Origin: Octopus vulgaris
Taxonomy: Eukaryota
Length of the DNA: 64,000 nucleotides
NCBI GenBank assembly: GCA_951406725.2
Contig: OX597825.1
Location: forward strand, 15,376,001 to 15,440,000
Direction of reading: 5' to 3'
The translations under genes and the position numbers were made by a program. Position 1 is the stretch's first letter, and each line of letters starts with the position of its first letter. The notes below the pieces were generated by a model, which did no database searches, was not told where the DNA came from, and worked only from the letters and a program-made list of their open reading frames with translations. Positions 1-14,107 of this stretch are shown here, one piece after another.

Positions 1-720
1 TCCGCAGCCAACTGCGGAGGCCAATCCGGGTTTTCAATGCAGGTCAGGATCGCCTATTCCCAAACTTCCAGATTCCTCACAAAGTTCTCTTCCTTAAGAC
101 AGAAGATCACAAATTCCTCATTTATTATACTGGGAGGGGCTGTCCCATTATTTTTCTTTTTTTTTTCTTTTCTTGTCTTTGATACAGAAAGGGGTGGTTC
201 ATTCGCTTTGACCGAATGATCATCCCTCCTGCAGCTTTAGGGTCCCTCGGTGAGCAACCACTGTTGCCCACGTTCTTCCTTTTAGTCGCCTTTTCCTCCG
301 GGGAGGTCTCTACCTACTCGACTACGTCTATCTCTCCATCCGGAGGAGGAGGGGGCTCTTCCACGACCAACTGTTCTAGGACCCTACTCTGGTCCTGGGG
401 ACAGTTCTTTTTAATGTGGTCCGGTTCCAGGCACAGGTGGCACTTGAGGTGGCCTCCCTGAAGTATCACTTTGTACCTGCAGCCAGCCATTTTCAAAAAA
501 ATCTGGAAAAAAAAAAAGATTCTTGGCTGATTGGGTCCACAGGGTCCAAACCCAACCCAATCAGCCGCCGGCAAAATTTTAACATTTTAACATATCTAAT
601 TAATCTTCTATACTCCAGAACAAGCACACCAAATGATCCATTGGTTTTCTTACAAATATCTTCTCGTCCTTGTACTATTTCTTTATATTCATCTACCATA
701 ATGCTTCAAATCGGATTCAT
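1..720 (-). mobile_element. Decayed Tx1/L1-clade LINE ORF1 (gag-like CCHC zinc knuckle) fragment, running off the window start
   Basis: Minus ORF 314..574 contains CHLCLEPDHIKKNC (C-x2-C-x4-H-x4-C) followed by an acidic/proline-rich stretch. Frames are broken by shifts and stops. Confidence 0.6.
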
Positions 721-913
721 TTTAGCTACATCGATACCGAACGCTAATTTGCACTACAAATATTTACTCTAGAAATACGAAATATGCCTTTTTTTGTTTC
801 TGTATGTGTCTGCGCGTGTTTGTAGAAGAAGATAGAGCTGCATAGTCCATAAATTGGCGCATGCGTGACTGTATGATAAGAAGCTTGTTCCCCAACTGCA
901 TGGATAGCCCGCC

Positions 914-966
<53 letters not shown>

Positions 967-987
967 TACACACACTAATATACATAA

Positions 988-1039
<52 letters not shown>

Positions 1040-1041
<2 letters not shown>

Positions 1042-1245
1042 AAGGGTAACATTTATTAATTTATAATTAATAATCGTTTCAAGTAGTTTGGTATGTTAAA
1101 AGAATCATTATCGGTAAACTAATACAAAAATTTTATAATTATTAATATAATTATAATTAGGGTTTAGCAAAATTGCTTTACCACATACCAATTTCGGTAT
1201 GAAGCAATTTTGCTAAACCCTAATTATAATTATGTTTATAATTGT
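1040..1245. repeat. Fold-back repeat in a (TA)n tract, same family as 54545-54770
   Basis: Perfect 32-bp inverted arms 1147-1178 / 1202-1233 (ataattataattagggtttagcaaaattgctt). 1080-1190 aligns by eye with 54600-54712. Confidence 0.8.
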
Positions 1246-1256
1246 AAATAATATAT

Positions 1257-1309
<53 letters not shown>

Positions 1310-1846
1310 CACTGGACGTGAAGACGGACGAAATGCCGCTAAGTATTTTTCCCGGCGCGGTAATGATTCTAGCAGCTCGCCGCCCTTTTAGATATAAAAT
1401 CTCATGTACATGTACACGCATATATGTGCGAAGTTGAGTGTGTATGTATGTGTGTGTGTTTGCGTGTGTGTGTGCACGCACTCATTAAATTTCTAACTAT
1501 CATGAAACTTATGATATACATTATGTATATACATAAATTTCTCAACAGTAAATTAATGTATTATAATGTAAAGCGCGCCGGCAAAAATGCTGAGCGCCAT
1601 TTTGTCGATCTTTTTGTTCAGAGCTCACATACCGCCGATGTCGACTTTGTTTTTCTTCCTTTCAGAATCTGTAGAATAAGTACCAGTTTAGTACTAGTGG
1701 CCGTGTACCAAACTTTGAAAGTAATATATCACAATGTTTGCTTTTATTCATAATCTATAGTATTCTGCAGCCTTGAGATGCATTTTTGCACAGACGTATT
1801 TAGTTTATAAGAGAGTTAGCAGGTCTCAAACTAAATTTTAAATATA

Positions 1847-1917
1847 CTAATCTGAAGAGTCGAACATCTAGAATTATCTGTAAATAGACAGTAATCTGAT
1901 TTTGAAACGTCGGATAG
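1847..1917 (+). ncRNA. Hammerhead-like motif with long stem II (degenerate)
   Basis: CTGAAGA 1852-1858; imperfect hairpin agaattatctgt/agacagtaatct; GAAACGTC 1904-1911; stem I imperfect (ctaat/ggatag). Confidence 0.4.
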
Positions 1918-4321
1918 CGAACGCAGAAAATGTTGTTCTTGTTCATTCTGTAAATTCTAACTGATAATTTCAAGCGCATTTATTTTGCAAAAATCAATAA
2001 AATTGTGAATTGTGTGATTTTCAACAGAATTTACAACATACAACTACAACTATCAGTAAAAATCTATGCAAAAACAACTTGAAAAAAATCTTTCATTCAC
2101 AAAACTTCATTTTATCGCATTTGATTTTCATCAATGTTTCTCGGTAACTATGCAACATCAAAACAACTCCTTGCTTCGATTTCGTTTTATATTTCAAAAT
2201 AATTTTTTTTATGAATTTTTCATGGATTTCCCTCACTAAATATCAACAACTCAACGAGAAGAACAAAAATTCAACGAAGAAACTGTGGATAACATTCTAG
2301 CATTACATTAGCATCGAACAAACATATATACTCTAAAATTGTATGTTTGCGCCAATGTGTGACTGCAGCGTACATGGCTAGACTGCTAGTTTCATATCGT
2401 TATAGAATATTGGTGCAATGAACTTTTGAAGCGACATAATAGGTGATCCGTATTTCTATTGTATTTGCTAAAGAAAACAAGATAGAAAAACGTATCTTTA
2501 AAATCTGCGACAGTGTACTGACATAAACTTTCAGGTTTCTATAATTATCTATTGGATAATTGTAGAATTAATATACTGCGCAGTTCCAATTAGGTGAGCT
2601 AGGATGACATATTAGCAAAGCTAATCATTGTTTTTATAATTTTGTTAAAGACAATCATATACTTTCAACACTAAGTTTTGAGATCCTCTGATGATATTTC
2701 CAAAATATCTTTGAACGCAATGTTAAGTGATAGCTGACGATTTCACCCACACACATAGAAATGCACAAACATTGATTGAGTCGTGTAGTAGTAAGTTACT
2801 GAAACAGATTTCCGTTTCCTTTGTCTCATATTTTCTTCTGAAAACATTACACTACAAATGTTCAGGTTGTTCATAAGCCTTATCAATCTCTCTAATCTAA
2901 ACGAGGATGAAAAAGCCATGTGCACTATTACGTCTTTACTGTCTCGCATATTGAATTTTCGTTGGACGTGAAATATTTCTCTTCTTACTTCAAATATGAG
3001 AGGGGCTTACTTCCATTTAATTCTTTCATTACTAATAAATTTATATTCTAGGCAAGTATTTCGGCCATGTTAATCGATAGAAGCGTATTGATCCGTGCCT
3101 GTATATCAAAATAATTAGGTACCATTCAATAAATAATATTTGTGGACCCAACATGTGACGAAGAGTTTCGTGAGATGATACCCATTCTCTATTGACTGGC
3201 ATTTTACATGGACGTCAATGGTACAAAAGATTTTTTTCGTAAAGATGCTCCATGTTAGGCCACGGTTTTTCGGAACACGGCTCTTTGGAAGCACAAACAC
3301 TGCTTGTATTTGAGAGCTGATTACGACCATTCACTTGATGGAAATGCTCAGAAATAAAGAAACTACTATCAACGTTAATAATAAAGTATTGAGCATTCAT
3401 CTTATTTTTTTTTTACCATATTTCATGAAGTGCAATGTAGACGTATATTTAAAAGGGATTGCTACCATTAATTTAAGTGGATATATTTGAAAAGGATTCT
3501 TAAAGTTTCTTGCGAATTATTTTAGATTTTCAGCAACTTACAAGTGATACTATAGTTACTTGTGAGTTCCATCTCTGTTCTGATAACAACAGCTCTAACC
3601 GTAGGCACATTTATTCAGATACTGCATAACATTCCCTACTATACCGATCATTCTTTTCTATAACAGTAGAATACGATTTTTCTAGCCAGCCAAGTGATAG
3701 CGTAGATGCTCCAGTATAGGCTAGTACTCTTTAGAGTTGAATATCATTCGGTGGTCATCTATGCGTCTATTGATCTATGTACAAAAACTTCGCAACCATG
3801 GTTGTCCGGTATCTTTGATATATATTTCAGTACATCATAAAAGCTTGTGTGTAGGCGCGTGGCTTACGGGCCAGGGCGTAGTGTTCATGAACATAAAAGT
3901 GTGGTTTTGTTACCTGAAGCAGGAGAGACAGTGTATTCTTGATCTCAACACGCCATTACATGTTACACCGAGCTGGTAAAATTAAGTATTCCTGCGACTG
4001 ACCAGATGTACAGTGTAGAGTATACAGCCCACAGAATCTGAAAAACTACCCAAATGAGTCTACATGAAGCGGGAAGAAGCTTTATCATTTTATCATACAA
4101 TGTCTGCTCTGCATGATTTCATTAAATTTGAACAAGGTTAAGCTGGCAATTTCGCAGATCAAGTTACCCAGTTAATAACATCGCTTACAAGTCGTGTGCC
4201 AGTCTAAACACCACTGCATTAACAATATTCTCGAGTATTCCTTTCTCATTCACCTGCCAATCTTCAACATCCCTTGCCAGCAAACCATTAAAATTACACA
4301 TTAGTATTAACCATTCATTCT

Positions 4322-4775
4322 AAGGTGGCGTGCTCGCAGAATCATTAGGACGTTGGGCAAAATGCTTAGCGGCATTTCGTCCGTTTTTATATTCTGCGTT
4401 CAATGCGACTCAGGTCGGCTTTACCTTTCATCCTGATAAAATAAGTGCCAGTTGAGGACTGGGAACGATGTAATCGACCTAGTTTCCTCCCGAAGTTGGT
4501 GACCTTGCGCCAAAATTTGAAATCAATATTATGTACTACATTAAGACAATAGCCTGACAGAATCATTCCTATAATTATTACACTGGGCAACATGCTTAGC
4601 CATATTTTGTCCGTCTCTACGTTCACAGTTCAAATCCCACCGAAGCCGAGATATTACCTGTTATCCCTTCGGGAACGATGAATTAAATGTCAGTTGAACA
4701 CAGGGGTCGATGTAATCCACTTACCTACACATCCCCTCAAAATTGCTGGCCTTGTGACAAAAGCTGAATTCAATA
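4322..4775 (+). mobile_element. Two degenerate tandem copies of SINE family B (Nin/Deu-like domain)
   Basis: ggtggcgtgctcgcagaatc head and cctttcatcc...ataagtgccag core, repeated again from ~4555. Confidence 0.7.
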
Positions 4776-5090
4776 TTTACCATTCCTCATATAATTTTAT
4801 TTCTTCCAAGCATGTTTGGTTACAGGAATTATGTGCTGGAATATTTACAGATCACGTAATAACATATTCAAACGTTAATAGAAATATTCTGTTGAATGCG
4901 AAGATGAGGTGGATACATGTGCCTATTTCAATTTTCCTGGCAGAAATGTGGGTCTAGTTTGATTTCACAGGTGAATTACCAGCAGTAATAAAAGCAGTGA
5001 ACTATGAGAGAACAGTTCCAAAAATATCAGGGACAACAAATTTTGAAATTCTATTTACATTTACATATTTACATGCATACATATGTGTAT

Positions 5091-5141
<51 letters not shown>

Positions 5142-5945
5142 AGTGTGTATTTGTGTGCGAGTATGTATGTGTCAATATCTGTCTGTGTATGTATGTATGT
5201 ATGTATATATATATATATATATGTACATACAAATACATATATGGTTGTGTAGGATATATAGATGGATAGATAGATAGGTATGTGTACATATTTACGTAAC
5301 TATATATATATATCATGATCTATATAATGTGCAGTAGATATGTGTGTTGTATTTGTGTGTGTATGTGAGTGAGTGTGTCTGTGTCCGTGTGCATATGTAT
5401 GTACATTCATATATATATATGTATGTATAGGATTATTTTCATGCATACACGTATACATGTATTTATTGTTTTCTGTAGAAGGTTTCTCTTTCATGTGTAA
5501 CATTGAAATACAGATCTTTATTGTTTTATTTTATTCCATTCGTTTGTTCATAAGCATACATATATGCATAAATACATACATAAGTGTATATTCATATATA
5601 TATATATATATATATATACTCTGGGGTGTTTTTGATATCAGTTTATATTTGGTAGCAGAGTGAAATGAATATCATTCTGCCTGCCACAGCATGTAATGAA
5701 CAAGTGTATGGTTTGCAGAGGAAAAGTAAAGTCAACTAGCAAACAAGAATATATATATTAAATGCAGCAAAATATCTTACAACCTAAAAGGCAAACAATC
5801 TCAATGTTTATTTTACAAAATACGGAATTAATAAAGAATAAGAGGGAAGAGCAAAAAAAAAAGACAAATATTTTTAAAGAGAAAAGAATTTACACTCCAA
5901 ATATGCCTTAAAACAAATTTATATATATACAAAGTAAGATAGGGG

Positions 5946-5982
<37 letters not shown>

Positions 5983-6360
5983 TATTGTTGGTGAGCAGGA
6001 AAGTAAATAGGCTTGCTTAGAGATGGAGTTGTGTGTGGAATAACACGCACTTGCATATAAACTTTTATTAAATGTAAATTATAGATTGACTATTGATTTA
6101 TTTCGGGGAAGGGGATATCCCTATGTGCATTTGCAGGTTTACATGAAGATAGGGTGCAAATGCAGAAAGTATAAATAATATTAACGACAATATTAAGTTT
6201 GATGGAGATAATGACGCTGATACTACTACTACAACTGATAAAATTGCTGTTGTTGTTTTTATTGTCATTATTATTATCATTATTATTGCTGTTATTGTAA
6301 AAACGTAAAAACGTAAAAACGTAAAAACGTAAAAAATGACGCCCAGCTTCTGATGAGATC

Positions 6361-6766
6361 TCTTTTACTCTCTTTTACTCTTTTACTTGTTTCAGTCATT
6401 TGACTGCAGCCATGCTGGAGCACCGCCTTTAGTTGAGCAAATCGACCCCCGGGACTTAGTCTTTGTAAGCCCAGTACTTATTCCATCGGTCTCTTTTGCC
6501 GAACCGCTAAGTGACGGAGACGTAAACACACCAGCATCGGTTGTCAAGCAATGCTAGGGGGACAAACACAGACACACACATATACATATATATATATACA
6601 TATATACGACAGGCTTCTTTCAGTTTCCGTCTACCAAATCCACTCACGAGGCATTGGTCGGCCTGGGGCTATAGCAGAAGACACTTGCCCAAGATGTCAC
6701 GCAGTGGGACTGAACCCGGAATCATATGGTTGGTTAGCAAGCTACTTACCACACAGCCACTCCTGC
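6361..6766 (-). mobile_element. SINE family A (tRNA-derived head, CORE-like cttgggcaagtg domain, (AAGAGT)n tail), near full length
   Basis: Reverse complement of 21777-22197, with A/B-box-like head and tail repeats. Confidence 0.9.
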
Positions 6767-7039
6767 TAACGATTCTGCCAAAATAATAACGGTAACGGTA
6801 GCATACACTAAATATTTCTTCTTTATGTTTCTTATTGTTTTTGGCGTTGTTTTTCCTCAATCTTTCTCAGCATCTCGTCTGTATATTATAGAAGTCAACG
6901 TTCTGAATATGTTATAGAATTAAATACAGTGTAAACAACATCGACCGTAATGTGTACACAACTACATCAAAATTCTTACGGTTATTGCCATTAATACTGA
7001 TGACTCTGCAGATGCCAATACCCCTGCTACTTTTCAGGA

Positions 7040-7331
7040 CGGTGATGGTGATGGTGATGGTGATGGTGATGGTGATGACGACGGCGGCGACAGTGATGTC
7101 AGTGATGGTTTTGATGGTGATGATGTTATGTAATGGCTTTTAATAAAAGCAATAAGACCAACAATAACAACAACAGCACCAAAACAAAAACCACTTCGAC
7201 AACAACAGCCATCACCACTATGGCGACAACGGTAACGATGGTGATTATGATCACCATAGTCATCATCATGATCATCGTGAGAATTATAATGATGATGATG
7301 ATGATGGTGGTGGTGATCATGATGATGATGT

Positions 7332-7368
<37 letters not shown>

Positions 7369-7623
7369 GATGACGATCATGATTATGATCACCATAGTCA
7401 TCATCATGATCATCGTGAGAATTATAAACATGATGATGATGATGGTGATGATGGTGGTGATGATGATGATGACGATTATGATTATGATCATCATGGTCAT
7501 CATCATGATCATCGTGAGAATTATAAAGATGATGATGATGAGGAGGAGGAGGAGGATATAAAATTAAATGTTAATTCTATCACAGCAATAAATAATAACG
7601 TTGGTGATGATGATGATGATGAC

Positions 7624-7682
<59 letters not shown>

Positions 7683-7712
7683 CGATGATGATGATGACGA
7701 TGATGATGATTA
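7040..7712. repeat. Complex (GAT)/(CAT) trinucleotide array with a thrice-repeated ~47-bp higher-order unit
   Basis: gattatgatcaccatagtcatcatcatgatcatcgtgagaattataa occurs at ~7242, ~7381 and ~7480. Confidence 0.9.
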
Positions 7713-7989
7713 TAACAAAGACAAACTTTGATCTTAAAAATCTATTTAGAAATTCAGTGAGAAGTTATTGAAAATCTACACGGGTTTTCGACAAAATGAT
7801 AAAGATTAAAATGATACATAAATAAAGAAGAAGAGAAAGCTAGAAAAAAAAATGAAGCGCTGAACACTTTTTTATATAAAACTCTGCCAAAAATTGTCGG
7901 CTTGGCACTGAATTGCCAAAATCATGCTTCATTTTCGCAGAAAAATTTTTCAACAACATGCAAAATAGCGAGGGTTAAAGTAGAATCGA

Positions 7990-9170
7990 TAAGATTTAGT
8001 AATGGAGTAGCGATAGAGAAAACTAGAGTAGAAGGCGAGTTAGTTACAAAGCTAGCTTTTAAGAAAGGCTGCGCAACTCACTTGCTTCGGTAAGATTAGC
8101 ATAAGGGTTACGCTGTCAGAGCGAGTGTGCATGATCTTAGACTTAAGTAGATGAAGTCTGTTTGACGGGCCTGTGACAACAAAGATACAATCTAGTCTTT
8201 GGTGAACCATGAAGCGCGCATTTTACTCGATCTCAAGCTAATATGTGCGTCTTTTTAGTGACAATTTGCTCAAGAATTTCGGTGACAGTGGAGGTTCGGA
8301 TCGCGAGACAGACTGTAGTGCCTATCCCGATGGCCTACCGCCGGTCTCGACCACGGGCATGGAGTGTTGTGAAAGGCGGATAACAGCCGCTGAAATTCGG
8401 TAGTTGATTACTGCATGGAGATTTCCTGGACAAACCTTCGTGCTTTACGTTAACAAGCCAGACTTGTTTAGTAACCTCTTTGCAATTGTCTACTGCAACT
8501 GGGGACAGAACAAGAACATTTTCAGTTCTATAAACTGTAGTGCCATATCGATAATTTTTTAGCCTATAACTCTCCTAAACGCAAAGTTTAAGATTTTGGC
8601 TAAGGTGCTAGCGACGAGGTTAGCGCTTGTTATCAATGTCTAGTGGGGGCAGTTATGCGGCATCCCAAACACATCCGTCCACGACAACTTCAACCTCATG
8701 CGATACATAATATAGAGTTGTGGTTAGGAACCGGACACGGGTTGAGCCCCGATCAACTTAGTTCAATCAAAAGCTTTTGATAGAGGCAACCAACGTATTT
8801 GGAGGAACTCCTTAAGGCAGTCGGCTTCGGGACCGTTTTCAGCGGGTAGATCGCTGAAATTCACAGTGACACTTGGCTTTGAGTGTAGAGTAAACGGTCA
8901 TCTTTCAGTACCAATGTACATCATGTGTTCGGTCCATAAAAGATGTCACCTCACGTCTCTTTTTTCTGTATTGACTCTTGATCCATTACTACCGAAATTG
9001 GAGACGTGAAGGGCCTCCTGTGTGAACTAGGATGTGGAAGATCCGTGTCAGCATATGCCGACGACGTTACTGTAGAGGTGTCGATCCCCAATCGAATTTA
9101 GATGATCGGCACCGTTTTCAGGAAGTACAAGGCGGTAAACTTGCAAGGAGCAAAAATTAACTAAACCATT
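7990..9170 (+). mobile_element. Tx1/L1-clade LINE ORF2 reverse transcriptase pseudogene
   Basis: Hand translation gives PITLLNAKFKILAKVLATRL, SKAFDR, RVNGHLS...LDPLL and SAYADDVTV (YADD at 9054-9065), with multiple stops and frameshifts. Confidence 0.85.
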
Positions 9171-9559
9171 CGGCGGGCCTGTAACTCGGCACCTGATGGT
9201 TTCTAAATATTCAGTATGCAAGAAATACACATAAAAAACTATTCGAAAATGATTGTTTTGTACAAAATAAGAATCCAAATAGCTTAATGGTGTATACTTA
9301 GCAGAAAACGTTGACCACTGTGTGACAGATGTTGGTAGTGAAGGGTGAGTTACTGAAAGGATGAGAGATATTGTCATCTATCTTATAGTTAATCATCATT
9401 AAATCATCATGAGGCGCGCAGAACTTCGAACATTGTTTAATGTTTATGGCACATCATGTCTTGTACTGAACTTCGTACAAATGAATTGATATAATTTCCG
9501 TATCTGTATTTGCAGCTTAATTTTATTCTAAAAGCATCATCTCATTATTACATAAACGT

Positions 9560-10730
9560 TATTTATGGAACTCTAGCAACCTAACTACGCCATTGTGTAT
9601 GCCTTCTTCAAACACTTAGTCTGAAAGCAACACAGTATCTTCACAGTATTGGGAGTTTTCCTTTGTCCAATGAATCAGCTACGGTATCCAGAGGATTAAT
9701 TACGTTGACGTTCTGGAAGTCTCTAACTGTAAGTTTATGTTCCTTCTCAATAGATTTCATAACTTGTTTGAAAGCGAGTTGTCACCAATTCATCCATTGA
9801 GTAGAGCAAAGATGTTGTAGTTTTGAATATATATTCTACTCTGAAATTATGAGAAGGCCAGAGTTGACTGGATAAAGTTGGTGCATTGACTAAAAGGGCA
9901 ATGATTTGTTGAAAATACTATGCAAAGCGCTGCACTTTTTTTACAGTAAGACAAATAAGTATTTGTAAACCACTCTTCGAATATCACTTAACCATCTAAG
10001 CCTTCTTATTTGGATGCGAACATGCATACGTATATGTATTTTTAAAAACTGACAGAAGTCTTGAAAGCTATTGGATTTTTAGAGGAGTGAGAGCTTTCAT
10101 TTCTTATCACCAGCGGTATTTTCTCCCAGAAGAAATGTAAGATAACAGGTAGTTTGAAAACCTAATATTGATTTTTTTCTTTGCGAAACAGAAACGCTCT
10201 AACAAGCTTCCATATGAGTGCAGTTTTTACAATACTGTTTACTGGCCGTTCAGCCATGATTTCTTCCAAATGCTCAGGATAATCTGTATTAGCATTGGCA
10301 GCTTCAAGAGCCGGTTTTACGTTGTAAACCACTCTTAAGCTTTTCAAACCAGCTTTTACCAGCCAGAAAATATTTCTTCTTTCTTTTTCTGCAAATGGTC
10401 ATACAGACATTTGGAATTTTTTTTATTGCCATCATGTTTCGTGTTTATCGGCACATTACATAGAGTCTAATCTTTGATCCATGCACCCAATATAATTTCC
10501 ATTTTAAGCATTACATTACATCTATGGGAAAAGAAAATCTAGTTAGTTATCTGATATAATTCAAGAACAGCCGGTTTAATTTTCTGTCTATTGTTAAATA
10601 TTGTTCCCACTGTAGATGTTGCAAGTTTTAATGGTTTGGCCATATAGCGGATTATTGTTTTCTCTTATATGAAACCTTTGAAAAATAAACAGTGTTAAAT
10701 TTCCAGTGAGATACTTTTACACATCACTCT
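9560..10730 (-). pseudogene. Tigger/pogo (CENP-B-like) transposase remnant
   Basis: Minus-strand pieces LKLATSTVGTIFNNRQKIK (HTH), GKSWFEKLK, LEAANANTDYPEHLEEI..KTALIWK, LTFLLGENTAGD and TTSLLYSMD match Tigger motif order. Confidence 0.75.
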
Positions 10731-11399
10731 AATAGCACTGCTTTCAGTTCTGTTTGATGGCTTCTTTCAGAATCTTCGATAAATGCAACAGCGGCGGTGC
10801 TGCTGCTGGTGAATGATGCTGATGGTGGTGGGGTCGATGGTGGTAGTGTTGTTAGTTTTGACTTACTTTATTGTAGTAATGACAGGGGCATTGTTGGTAG
10901 TAGCAGTGGTTATCTTGTTCTTGTTACGTGTATTGTTGTTGTACCTTAGTCTCATGTCAAAACTCAAATGCCCTAGGGTCAAAGAAACTTCATTCAACGT
11001 TTAGTATACGCTTGATGGCAAATATGAGAAGAAAAATTCTCTAGAAACACAAGAAAATCACTCGCACTATGGCAGCTCATAAATATCCTAAACAAATGTA
11101 ATGCTAAATGGGGAATCTGAGCTGTTCAGCATGGAGTAATTGACGAAGGAAATTAGCAACAATTTTGAACATTGCCTCCTCATCGTCAGTATATAATAGC
11201 TTGTGGTAATTAGCGAGACAACAACAATATGCAATATGTAGTCGGCTCAAGTTTGAATAATCGTATAAATCCGAAGGAGAACAGAGAGTCATAGAACATT
11301 TACGGGGTTGTACCTACTTGTAGCATGAATTTGTAGCATGAAAACTCATGGAACTGCGCGGAGAAAGGTAGAACATCTGGCTTTTTTACGAGTATCAGT

Positions 11400-11540
11400 G
11401 AGAATTATATAACAGATTTGTACCCAGGAAAATTTTAAAGGTGCAGCAGATGTGAGTAGCAGATCTAATGAGGATTATATAATAGCTTTGTACTTAGGAC
11501 AATTTTAAAAGTACAGAAAATGTGAGTACCAGATTTATCA
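11400..11540. repeat. Diverged ~70-bp tandem duplication
   Basis: gagaattatataacagatttgtacc...gtgagtagcagat is followed by gaggattatataatagctttgtact...gtgagtaccagat. Confidence 0.75.
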
Positions 11541-12229
11541 CATGTAAGAGCTGTTTTGGAGGATATTCTTTCAACAGCTCATTAGATGCACAACAAACAG
11601 CATCGCTTATGATTTCTCAAACGTCACTTCCCCAAATTAACGACCGTGAAGCTGAGAAGACAAGCAACAAATACTAATCTATCATCTTGTGATGAAAAGT
11701 AGAAAACTAATGGAGACAAAATATTGAAAAGGAACATACGAAACAAAATACCGGAGGATGGGGTTGAAAGTGATGTGATGAAAATGCACGTCAAAATGGA
11801 AATTACTTTAAGTAGAAAATTAGAATAAATTCAAGTTAAAGTACATTCAGACCTCCTTGATTTGCATAGTTATTCTACTTAACGAAGGACTGAATAACCC
11901 TTTTAGCAGGCAGTAAGAAGAGTTAAGCGCAAATCCAATACAGATTTAGGAGACCAGCTCCTACTTTGTGCAACATGAACCAAATGCACTTTCGTACGAA
12001 TTATTTAAGGGAGCGACACAAGACCGCATTTAGATTAAGACAAACAGGATTTTCAGGGCTAGATTTTGGTTATTTGGAAAAAGTTCAAATGGAAGAGAAA
12101 GAAAACATGAGAATTAGAGTAAACCTTCATTTGGCTCCAGAAAAGCTATAATTGATTTGAAACAAAATAAAAACTACATAGACCAAGTAAGATACACGAA
12201 ACATATGAATATATAAGTATAAATATTGA

Positions 12230-12579
12230 GGCGCAGGAGTGACTGTGTGGTAAGTAGCTTGCTAACCAACCACATGCTTCCAGGTTCAGTCCCACTGCGT
12301 GGCATCTTGGGCAAGTGTCTTCTGCTATAGCCCCAGGACGACCAATGCCTTGTGAGAGGATTTGGTAGACGAAAACTGAAAGAAGCCTGTCGTATATGTG
12401 TATGTATATGTATATGTATCTGTGTGTGTTTGTGTGTATGTGTTTGTCCCCCTAGCATTCCTTGACAACCGATGCTGGTGTGTTTATGACCCCGTTACCT
12501 AGCGGTTCGGCTCGATTAAAGGGGTGCTCCAGCATGGCCGCAGTCAAATGACTGAAACTAGTAAAAGAGTAAAAGAGTA
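12230..12579 (+). mobile_element. SINE family A with an internal deletion in the tail
   Basis: ggcgcaggagtgactgtgtgg head, ggttcagtcc B-box-like motif, and aaaagagt tail. Confidence 0.9.
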
Positions 12580-12914
12580 TATATACACACACACACATAT
12601 ATATATACACATGATGTGTATATATGCGTATGTGCGTGTCTTCATGCATAATATAGTTATATATTTGCACATACCATCACATATATGTATATATAGAAAT
12701 ACACACATCCATATACCTATATAAATATATGTACAATCTTTGGTTACGGAAAGGATTGAGCGGAAAGACAACGAGAACTGGAGGAAACTTTTGACTTGAC
12801 TCAAGAAAAATTGATTTCTTTAAATATAACTATTTTACAAACATATGTGAGTATTTGTGTATGTGGTGTGTGTGTGTGTCTGTGTCTGTGTGTATGTGTA
12901 TGTGTGTGTGTGTC

Positions 12915-12952
<38 letters not shown>

Positions 12953-14041
12953 AGTGTGTATGTGTGTGTTCTGTGAATTTTTCCAAAATAATGATTCATT
13001 GAAAACGTCGTAATATATTTCAGATTCCCTTTGCCCCTCCTACTCCCTTCGTATTTTTATTACTGTACTTTAAACCCACTTAACTCATGCGTTCCTATTG
13101 AATAAAAAAAATGTATAATGAATAAAGCTTTCTTCTCCTTCGTCCTCGCCTTCATCTTTTTCTTCTCGTCTCATATTATTAATAACCGTATTAAAAATAT
13201 AGTTGTTATTATGATCATCCTTGTTGTTACTGTAACTAATGTTGTTGCTGCTGTAGTTATTGTTATTTTTTTCCTTTGTTATATTTGTCCCCATACACAC
13301 AAAGGTTTGATATTTGCTCAAAATGGAAAATATTATATTGATCAGTTGAAATATTTTACAGCTTGAGGACATTACTCTTGCAAAACAATTTGTGCATGAG
13401 ATGAAATCTTTTGTTGCACTGAGCCATATTCATTTGTTCCAGGTCCATAACATGTGCAGCTTAGGTTGAATCCTCGCGTTTTATTTACTATGCCCGTAGT
13501 TTAACTAAGAACCCTGGCCTCAAATTCATGGTATCAGTAAAATAAAAACAAATTGTTATGTACTTCATAATTTCAATAGTAGGGTTAACATTTTATATGA
13601 GAAAAATCCAAGAAGAATTGATTATAGAAATTGAGAGAATTTATATTATAGATTTATGTTGCAGATTCCCTAGAGAGATAGTAATTATAACTTATAACAA
13701 ATCTCCTTGCTCAAATGGTATTATTACTTCTAATATATTGCCACAAATGATAGTGGGCATATAGATGTATACACAGATATATATATATATACATATACAC
13801 ACACACACACTCGCATTCACACACATTCACACTCACATACGCAAACACACACACACATATATATATAGAGAGAGTAAGATAGATTCATACATACATACAT
13901 ATATATGTATATATATAAACACGTAGTTACAAAGATATATATATATATATGCATAGACATATACATATATATATATGTGTGTGTGTGTCTGTGTTTGAGT
14001 GTTCTAAATATGTATATGAACATATATATATGTATGTATGT

Positions 14042-14107
<66 letters not shown>

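Noticed and set aside
2743-3400. Possible piggyBac transposase C-terminus on the minus strand
   Set aside because: Only a vague resemblance (RK..TYY..C spacing); no catalytic motif recovered.
7820-7978. AGGGTTAA piggyBac-like terminus
   Set aside because: No matching left TTAACCCT end was identified.
11104-11292. Non-repetitive 62-aa minus ORF as a host exon
   Set aside because: No recognisable domain and no convincing splice-site pair.
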